Part shown: positions 15,081 to 21,542 of the stretch, one piece after another | Layout: each line of letters begins with the position of its first letter | Position numbering within the stretch: position 1 is the stretch's first letter | Assembly (NCBI GenBank): GCA_049699855.1 | Contig: JBNAWM010000012.1 | Span: 1 to 21,542 of the forward strand | Length of the DNA: 21,542 nt | Direction of reading: 5' to 3' | Source of the DNA: Candidatus Cryosericum sp. | Lineage (GTDB): Bacteria; Caldisericota; Caldisericia; Cryosericales; Cryosericaceae | Position numbers and translations under genes: made by a program | Notes under the pieces: model-generated | What the model saw: only the letters and a program-made list of their open reading frames with translations | Told to the model about the DNA's origin: nothing | Databases searched by the model: none

Positions 15081-15866
15081 GTGAGTCGCACGATTGTCGA
15101 CGGCATCACGCTCGCCTACGTGGATGAGGGAATGGGCGATCCGGTCGTCTTGCTGCACGGCTGGGGTGGTCAGGCAGCCAGCATGATGCCTTTCATTACT
15201 GCATTGCAGGGCGCGTATCGGGTCGTAGCGCTTGATCTTCCCGGCTTTGGGGAAAGCAGTCCTCCCCCGGCAGCCTGGGGTACTGCGGAGTATGCTTCCT
15301 TTGTCGAGAAGGCTCTGGAGTCTCTTGGCATCGCGCGGGCGACATTGATTGGCCATTCTTTTGGTGGACGCATTGCCATATGGCTGGCCTCCCACGCTCC
15401 TAGTGTCGTGCAGGCTCTTGTTTTGATCGATGCTGCGGGTATCAGGCCACCCGTCAGTTTGAGGCGCCGGGTGCGCCAACGGTTCTACAAGGCTGCTCGG
15501 ACGATACTGAGTTCGCGGGTCTTCGGGACAAGGGGACCGGTACTGCGGGAGCGCCTCGCTGCACGATATGGAAGTCCCGATTATCGTGCGGCAAGTGGTG
15601 TGATGAGGGCGTCCATGGTCAAGACGATCAATCTGGACCTCACCGGCGAGCTGCCCTCGATCCATGTGCCGACGCTGCTGCTATGGGGGGAGAACGACAC
15701 CGAGACTCCTGTCACGGATGGACAGAAGATGGAACGCTTGATCCCTGATTCAAAGCTGATCGTTGTTGCTCACGCCGGACATTTCAGTTATCTGGACAAT
15801 CCGGCTTTTGTTCTTGCGGTAGTGTCTGCATTCCTCCAGGGAACACGGGCGAAAAGGGTGCCATGA
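15081..15866 (+). CDS. Alpha/beta fold hydrolase
   Basis: GTG start. LLHGWGG, DLPGFGES, nucleophile elbow GHSFGG, WGENDTETP, AGHF. Confidence 0.9.
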   Translation: MSRTIVDGITLAYVDEGMGDPVVLLHGWGGQAASMMPFITALQGAYRVVALDLPGFGESSPPPAAWGTAEYASFVEKALESLGIARATLIGHSFGGRIAIWLASHAPSVVQALVLIDAAGIRPPVSLRRRVRQRFYKAARTILSSRVFGTRGPVLRERLAARYGSPDYRAASGVMRASMVKTINLDLTGELPSIHVPTLLLWGENDTETPVTDGQKMERLIPDSKLIVVAHAGHFSYLDNPAFVLAVVSAFLQGTRAKRVP

Positions 15867-17476
15867 CCGGCTTCACATTGGTTGCCGCAATCGTGGCTGC
15901 AGGAACGGCCATCACGCTGATGATGGCACGCGTCGCCTTTCTGCTCCACATGTTGCAGCTTGAGGAGTATGACACGAGACGGTTTGCTGCATGGCTTGCC
16001 ACGCACACAGGTCGCCTGGTTGCTGACCCGGCGCTTGACATCTTGGGACTGCTGGGAGTCGCAGTGCTCCTTGTGCCCGTGAAGGCCGCGGCCCCCATGA
16101 TCACTGTCAGTGTCGTGGCCCTGGTCGCCGGGCTCATGGGGATCGGCTGGGAACGTCACGCGAGTGCCCGCAGTCCGGTCAAGAAACCCCTGGTCATGAC
16201 AGCTCGAGCATGGCGGCTGACTGTCGGCGCGGGTATGATAGCCGTGGGAGCTTGCTCCGCTCTGTTCGCTGCCAGGCAAGAACGCGTGGCGCTCGCCATA
16301 GCACTGCTTCTACCACTGTCAGCCCCTCTCGTAGTAATTGCGGCTCGAACGATCCTGGAGCCGGTCGAGGCGCTCATCCGGAGATGGTACGTTCAGGATG
16401 CCCAGCGTACGCTGAAGGGGTTGAGTCCGATCGTGGTAGGCATCACAGGAAGCTATGGCAAGACCAGCACCAAGTTCTTTGTTGAACATCTGCTGAAGCA
16501 GCGGTATCGGGTGCTCATGACTCCAGAGAGTTACAACACCGCCATGGGGATCTGCAGGGTTATTCGAGGACAGCTTGGTCCGGAACATGAGGTGTTTGTC
16601 GTCGAACTTGCCGAGAACGAACGAGGCGGATTGGGGTACCTGCTGAGCCTGGTGCCCTGTACCTTGTCCGTCGTCACCTCGGTAGGACTTCAGCACTTGG
16701 AGGAGTTTGGCTCCAAGGATGCCATTGAGCGAGTGATGAGGGGATTTGTGAGCATGCCTGCCAGTGGATCGACCGTGATCCTGAATGGCGATGACGCTGT
16801 CCTAAGCGACATGGGTGTCATTGCTGGCAAACGGATTGTGAGGACGAGCGCTGATGGGTCTCATTCAAGTGATCTCCATGCCGAAGAGGTGGCCATGACG
16901 GCCAATGGACTGTCCTTCACTATGGTAACAGCTCAAGACGAGCGCTTTCCCGTGCATACGTCACTTCTGGGACGGCACAATGTCGCTAATATCCTGCTTG
17001 CGGCAGCAGTGGCGCGCGAGCTTGAAGTACCCTGGAGCACCATTCAGGAGAACATCGCGACGCTGCGGGCCCCGCCGCATCGGTTACAGACAGTGGCTAG
17101 CTCGGGAGGAGTCCGCATTATCGACGATGCTTTCAACGCCAATCCCGCTGGATTTGCGATGGCGATGGAGGTGCTGGCCGTTTTTTCACCGCGGCGGATT
17201 CTTGTGACCCCGGGGCTGGTATCCTTGGGACAAGAAGAGGAATCAGCGAACTTTGAAGCCGGAAGACGTGCGGCCGCGGCTGCGGACAAGGTAGTCCTTG
17301 TCGGACCGAAAAAAACAAGACCGGTGCGCGAGGGCCTGCTTGCCGCGGGGTTTCGCGAGATGGATATCATGACCGTGCGCTCGCTCGAGGAGGTTACACA
17401 GCTCCTGCAGAGCATATTGAGTCCTGGAGACACTGTCCTGTTCGAAAATGACCTTCCTGACACCTTCAACGAGTAG
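15863..17476 (+). CDS. murF: MurF-like Mur ligase with N-terminal transmembrane domain
   Basis: About 170 hydrophobic N-terminal residues containing HMLQLEEY and KKPLVMTAR, then GITGSYGKTSTK, SYNT, QHLEEFGS, LNGDD, GRHN, PHRL, IIDDAFNANP, LFENDLPD. Co-operonic with ddl. Confidence 0.85.
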   Translation: MTGFTLVAAIVAAGTAITLMMARVAFLLHMLQLEEYDTRRFAAWLATHTGRLVADPALDILGLLGVAVLLVPVKAAAPMITVSVVALVAGLMGIGWERHASARSPVKKPLVMTARAWRLTVGAGMIAVGACSALFAARQERVALAIALLLPLSAPLVVIAARTILEPVEALIRRWYVQDAQRTLKGLSPIVVGITGSYGKTSTKFFVEHLLKQRYRVLMTPESYNTAMGICRVIRGQLGPEHEVFVVELAENERGGLGYLLSLVPCTLSVVTSVGLQHLEEFGSKDAIERVMRGFVSMPASGSTVILNGDDAVLSDMGVIAGKRIVRTSADGSHSSDLHAEEVAMTANGLSFTMVTAQDERFPVHTSLLGRHNVANILLAAAVARELEVPWSTIQENIATLRAPPHRLQTVASSGGVRIIDDAFNANPAGFAMAMEVLAVFSPRRILVTPGLVSLGQEEESANFEAGRRAAAAADKVVLVGPKKTRPVREGLLAAGFREMDIMTVRSLEEVTQLLQSILSPGDTVLFENDLPDTFNE

Positions 17477-17517
17477 GCACAGAATCGGCGGGCGTGAGCC
17501 GGGGGACTGCGGAAAAC

Positions 17518-17545
17518 TTGATATGGATGCACTTATGGGCACAAT
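17518..17545 (+). promoter_or_regulatory. Putative sigma70-type promoter upstream of dcd
   Basis: TTGATA (17518-17523), 16 nt, CACAAT (17540-17545). Confidence 0.45.
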
Positions 17546-17558
17546 GGTAGCGTTTGCA
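17545..17558. promoter_or_regulatory. Candidate LacI-family operator
   Basis: TGGTAGCGTTTGCA: 14-bp pseudo-palindrome with TG..CA ends and central CG, directly after the -10 box of an operon that encodes a LacI protein. Confidence 0.45.
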
Positions 17559-17583
17559 GGAACAAGAATGAGGGAGGTCGGAG

Positions 17584-18135
17584 ATGGCGATCAAGTCTGA
17601 TACCTGGATTACGGAGCATGCACTCGCGGGAATGATTGAGCCGTTCGCTGCGGATTGTCCAAAGGGCGTGATCTCGTACGGGGTATCGTCGTATGGGTAT
17701 GACATGCGCGTTGCCGATGAATTCAAGGTGTTCACGAACGTTTGGGGGGCCGTCATCGACCCCAAGGCATTCACTGAGCAGAGTTTTGTCGACATGAGGG
17801 CTGACTTCTGTATCATTCCGCCGAACTCTTTTGCGCTTGCGCGCAGTCTGGAGTATTTCCGTATTCCTCGCGATGTTCTGTGTCTGGTTATTGGGAAGAG
17901 CACGTATGCCCGTGCTGGTATCATCGTCAACGTGACTCCCCTTGAGCCGCAATGGGACGGATTTGTGACCATTGAGATCAGCAACACGACCCCGCTTCCT
18001 GTGAAGGTCTACGCCAATGAGGGGATTGCTCAGGTGCTGTTCATGGGAGCCGATGAGTTGTGCGCAGTCTCCTACAAGGACAAGAAGGGCAAGTATCAAA
18101 ACCAGACAGGGATCTGGCTTCCTCGAGTCGAGTAG
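17584..18135 (+). CDS. dcd: dCTP deaminase
   Basis: [79 protein letters not shown]. Confidence 0.96.
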   Translation: MAIKSDTWITEHALAGMIEPFAADCPKGVISYGVSSYGYDMRVADEFKVFTNVWGAVIDPKAFTEQSFVDMRADFCIIPPNSFALARSLEYFRIPRDVLCLVIGKSTYARAGIIVNVTPLEPQWDGFVTIEISNTTPLPVKVYANEGIAQVLFMGADELCAVSYKDKKGKYQNQTGIWLPRVE

Positions 18136-18137
18136 CC

Positions 18138-19133
18138 ATGAAGGAAATCGCGCGCAGGCTTGGAATCTCGACCAGCACCGTGTCGCGGGCGTTTTCCAAG
18201 CCGGAGATGGTCCGACCGGAGTTGCGTGACCAGATCCTGAAGATGGCAAAATCATTGAACTATAAGCCCAATCCCATTGCGCGTGCAATGGTTCGGGGTC
18301 AGTCCGAGCTTGTAGGCTTGGTGGTTCCGAACATTGCCAATCCTTTTTTCCCCGCTATCGTGCGCGGAGTGGAAGACGAAGCGTGCAAGCATAGTCTCAA
18401 TGTGATCATCTGCAACAGCGATGGTCGAGTGACGAAGGAGAAGCAGTATCTTCATTCACTGCGTGACCTGGCGGTTGCCGGAGTGATCCTGGCAAGCGTC
18501 TCGGGCAGAGATCCCTATGTGAAAGAGCTGGCAAAACAGGTGCCCGTGGTTGTCATGGACCGGGGGTTGACCGGATCGCTCGTTTCGCAGGTGTGTGTTG
18601 ACAACTATGGTGGAAGCAAAGCAGTTGTCGACCATCTGGCCAGCCTTGGGCATCGACGTCTGTTGCATCTGGCGGGTCCAACCGGAATCTCCACGGCCGA
18701 CGATCGACGGAAAGGGTTCTCTGATCAGTGCCAACTGCGTGGAATAGAGTTCGAGGTTGTCCAGGCTGGTTTCGGGATCGACGATGGCTACCGGACCATG
18801 AAGGCAGTGTGGGCAACCATGCAGGAGATGACGGGTGTGGTCTGTGCCAATGATCTGTGTGCATATGGAGTGATGGCCTGGCTCTCTGAAGCAGGCATTC
18901 GTGTGCCCGGCGAGATATCCGTGACTGGCTTTGATGACATTGCTTTTTCGGCAATCTTTCGTCCATCGCTCACGACCGTACGCCAACCGGCCTATGCCAT
19001 GGGTCAGATGGCTGTCAGGGCCATCCTTGACGCGAGGAATGGGCGTGCATCGCAGGACCCCGTCGTCCTGACGACCGAGCTGGTCGTGCGCGAGTCGACT
19101 GCTGCTCCCGGCCTGTCCGGGGCGAATGCGTGA
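18138..19133 (+). CDS. LacI-family transcriptional regulator (RbsR/PurR-like)
   Basis: MKEIARRLGISTSTVSRA, hinge YKPNPIARAM, NPFF, DNYGG, LGHR, NDLCAYG, SVTGFDD, LTTVRQP, ELVVRES. Exact start uncertain. Confidence 0.92.
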   Translation: MKEIARRLGISTSTVSRAFSKPEMVRPELRDQILKMAKSLNYKPNPIARAMVRGQSELVGLVVPNIANPFFPAIVRGVEDEACKHSLNVIICNSDGRVTKEKQYLHSLRDLAVAGVILASVSGRDPYVKELAKQVPVVVMDRGLTGSLVSQVCVDNYGGSKAVVDHLASLGHRRLLHLAGPTGISTADDRRKGFSDQCQLRGIEFEVVQAGFGIDDGYRTMKAVWATMQEMTGVVCANDLCAYGVMAWLSEAGIRVPGEISVTGFDDIAFSAIFRPSLTTVRQPAYAMGQMAVRAILDARNGRASQDPVVLTTELVVRESTAAPGLSGANA

Positions 19134-20061
19134 GAGGGCAGTGGTCCCCATGGTGATCTCGTTTGGGAGCATCAACATGGATGTGGTGATGCGCTGTGAG
19201 CATGTCCCGGCGGGCGGTGAGACGGTCGTTTCGAGTAGTTGGTTTACCAATTCCGGAGGCAAGGGGGCCAATCAGGCTGTTCAGGCGGCTCGCTTGGGAA
19301 GCAGGGCAGTGCTGATAGGGCGCGTTGGAGCCGACGTTTTTGGACAGCAGGCGCTCGCCAGCTTGTCTGCCAGCGGAGTGAATATTGAGGGAGTTGCGAC
19401 CGACCCTGCTTTGCCGACCGGGATTGCCTGCGTGCTGCTGGACCGCAGCGGTGAGAACCGCATCATTGTTGCTCCGGGGGCGAATGCGGCAGTTGGTGTT
19501 CACGAGCTCGAGCTCCTTCGTGCCGCGCTGCGGCCGGGGGTTGTCCTGATGCTGCAATGCGAAATTCCATGTGATGTGGTGTTTGATGCGGCTCGTCTTG
19601 GTCGAGTCGCAGGGGCCACGGTCCTTCTCGATCCTTCTCCCTGGCAGTCCATCATGGTGTCGCCGGGCATGTTTGCCGATATCGATTATCTGATGCCGAA
19701 CGAGGCCGAGGCTTGTGGGCTTGGTGGGTCGGGTAATGCACGACAAGCCGCCGATAACCTGCTGGGCCTTGGAGCGGGAACGGTTATTGTGAAGATGGGT
19801 GAAAAGGGAGCATACGTGGCAGGCGCATTCGCGAAAGGAGAAGTGCCAGCGTTTCCAGTGCCATCGGTCGATACAACGGCCGCTGGTGACGCCTTCCAGG
19901 GAGCCTTTGCATCCTCACTGGAGCAGGGGTTCGGCCAGGAAAGCGCTCTGTACCGGGCACTGGCAGCGGGCGCACTCACGGTGACGCGGCCAGGAGCTCA
20001 GCAATCAATGCCGGATGGAGGCGAAATCGAAGCGTTTTTGACAGCAAGGCGGTCGTTTTGA
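19126..20061 (+). CDS. rbsK: Ribokinase (PfkB family)
   Basis: GSINMD, GGKGANQAV, GRVGADVFG, GENRI..PGAN, LQCEIP, PNEAEA, DTTAAGDAF, GAQQSMP. An alternative start at ATG 19150 is possible. Confidence 0.9.
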   Translation: MRERAVVPMVISFGSINMDVVMRCEHVPAGGETVVSSSWFTNSGGKGANQAVQAARLGSRAVLIGRVGADVFGQQALASLSASGVNIEGVATDPALPTGIACVLLDRSGENRIIVAPGANAAVGVHELELLRAALRPGVVLMLQCEIPCDVVFDAARLGRVAGATVLLDPSPWQSIMVSPGMFADIDYLMPNEAEACGLGGSGNARQAADNLLGLGAGTVIVKMGEKGAYVAGAFAKGEVPAFPVPSVDTTAAGDAFQGAFASSLEQGFGQESALYRALAAGALTVTRPGAQQSMPDGGEIEAFLTARRSF

Positions 20062-20107
20062 GCTCATCGATGAACAAATCAGCTTGACATACACAGGAGG
20101 AACTGAC

Positions 20108-21124
20108 ATGAAGAGAATACTGTCCGCACTACTGGTACTTATGCTGGTGAGCCTGTCTCTGACTGGCTGCAAATCAGCTGCGAGCGGTCCCAAGACAGAC
20201 AAGGTCGTGTACCTTATCAACGGGGCCCTGGGCGACAACGCGTTCTATGACTCCGGTCAGAAAGGTATCGACAACATCAAGAGCCAGTATGGGGTTGAAA
20301 CCAGAACGATTGAATGCAATTTCGATGCCGGCAAGTATGAGCCGAGCCTCGAAGCAGCTACCCAATACAGCGATGTAGTGTTCGTCATTTCCTATGCGTT
20401 CGAGGACAACTTGAAAGCAATGGCCGACAAATACCCGGACAAGATCTTCGTCAACATCGACACAATCGTGCAGAACAGCAAGAACACGATCACCTCCATC
20501 AAGTACATCGAGGAGGAAAGTGCTTTCCTTGCAGGAGTCTGCGCGGGCCTGACCACGACAGATCTGAGCATCAAGAACATCAATGCAGACAAGGTGGTCG
20601 GTGTCGTGGCGGCGGCCGATGATCCAGTGGTCATGGCATTCGTGAAGGCGTACGAAGACGGCGTTCACTACATCGATAAGGACATTCAGGTAGAGCGCGT
20701 CGTGCTGGCAGGTATCTGGGATGATCCCGCCAAAGGCAAACAAGCTGCACTGAGCCTTTATGACAAGAAGTGCGATGTCGTCTTCCAGGTTGCTGCAGCG
20801 ACGGGCCTGGGAGTGCTCCAGGCTGCCAAGGAACGAGGGTTGTATGCGATCGGGGTTGACACGAATCAGAATGACATTGAACCGGGATATGTTATTGCCT
20901 CGGACATCAAGGATGTTGGCAAGACAATAGAGGACGTCTACAAGACCATCAGGGATGGCACCTACAAGCCCGGACAGGTCATCAAGTACGGGTTGAAGAC
21001 CGGCACGGTTGATCTGGTGACGACTGCAACCGTGCAGGTCCTTCCACAGAGCATCCTGGATCGTATCAACAGCGTTCGTCAGCAGATCATCGATGGAACC
21101 CTTGTGGTCAAGAAATACCAGTAG
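20108..21124 (+). CDS. BMP/PnrA-family ABC substrate-binding lipoprotein (nucleoside/purine type)
   Basis: ATG 20108 after AGGAGG. Signal peptide with lipobox LTGC, LGDNAFYDSG, EEESAFLAG, WDDPAKGK, DVVFQVA, AIGVDTNQ, YGLK. Confidence 0.9.
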   Translation: MKRILSALLVLMLVSLSLTGCKSAASGPKTDKVVYLINGALGDNAFYDSGQKGIDNIKSQYGVETRTIECNFDAGKYEPSLEAATQYSDVVFVISYAFEDNLKAMADKYPDKIFVNIDTIVQNSKNTITSIKYIEEESAFLAGVCAGLTTTDLSIKNINADKVVGVVAAADDPVVMAFVKAYEDGVHYIDKDIQVERVVLAGIWDDPAKGKQAALSLYDKKCDVVFQVAAATGLGVLQAAKERGLYAIGVDTNQNDIEPGYVIASDIKDVGKTIEDVYKTIRDGTYKPGQVIKYGLKTGTVDLVTTATVQVLPQSILDRINSVRQQIIDGTLVVKKYQ

Positions 21125-21139
21125 AAGGAGCCGTCTCTG

Positions 21140-21542
21140 GTGCACGATGTCCTGATTGATCTGCAGCACATCAGCAAAGTGTTCCCGCCCGACACTGTTG
21201 CGCTTGCTGATGTGTCGGTCTCCTTTGAAGCTGGAGAGATCCATGCGCTGGTTGGTGAGAACGGAGCTGGAAAGAGCACGCTCATGAACGTGCTCTATGG
21301 CTTGCAACACTGCGACGCGGGTGACATTTTTTTCAAGGGGATCAAGACCGAATTCAGAACGCCTCGAGAGGCGATCGCGGCTGGCATCGGCATGGTGCAT
21401 CAGGAGATGCTGCTTATTCCTGAGTATACAGTCTGGCAGAATGTGATTCTTGGTGCTGAGCCTGTTGGCATGCTGGGAACCATCGATGTCCACTCGGCGC
21501 GCGCCAGCGTGCGCCGAAAGATCGAGGAGTTTCAGCTCAACC
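21140..21542 (+). CDS. Sugar/nucleoside ABC transporter ATP-binding protein (CUT2 type), runs off the window
   Basis: Not in the ORF track. GTG after AAGGAG reads [51 protein letters not shown], with no stop before the window end. Confidence 0.92.
   Translation, partial: MHDVLIDLQHISKVFPPDTVALADVSVSFEAGEIHALVGENGAGKSTLMNVLYGLQHCDAGDIFFKGIKTEFRTPREAIAAGIGMVHQEMLLIPEYTVWQNVILGAEPVGMLGTIDVHSARASVRRKIEEFQLN

Noticed and set aside
20084..20089. TTGACA as a -35 box or TTG start for the BMP gene
   Set aside because: No -10 element at the right distance, and the SD AGGAGG supports ATG 20108.
20174..21493. 439-aa antisense ORF
   Set aside because: Lies opposite the BMP and ABC ATPase genes; explained by codon bias, with no motifs.

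Overview
A gene-dense bacterial chromosomal window, probably from an anaerobe (Fe-S- and molybdopterin-rich content). I see no mobile elements, RNA genes or CRISPR arrays. Left to right: (1) the 3' end of a ferredoxin-tailed subunit, a cytoplasmic Cys-type formate dehydrogenase alpha subunit, a formate/nitrite channel and a divergent Rex-like regulator; (2) fdhD on the - strand, back-to-back with a three-gene xanthine dehydrogenase-family operon (FAD, 2Fe-2S, Mo) that ends at a strong bidirectional terminator; (3) a DUF1893-like gene coupled to pepT on the - strand; (4) a putative metal transporter plus Fur/Zur regulator with a perfect 7-1-7 operator; (5) an Fe-S aldo/keto reductase; (6) ddl, an alpha/beta hydrolase and a membrane-anchored MurF-like ligase; (7) dcd, a LacI regulator, ribokinase, a BMP lipoprotein and the start of an ABC ATPase. 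All calls come from motif recognition; no searches were run. I found no clearly unprecedented system. The best leads are the FDH/FdhD/XDH-family linkage, the Cys-rich atypical Rex, the Zur-like cassette, and dcd sitting behind a LacI-type operator.
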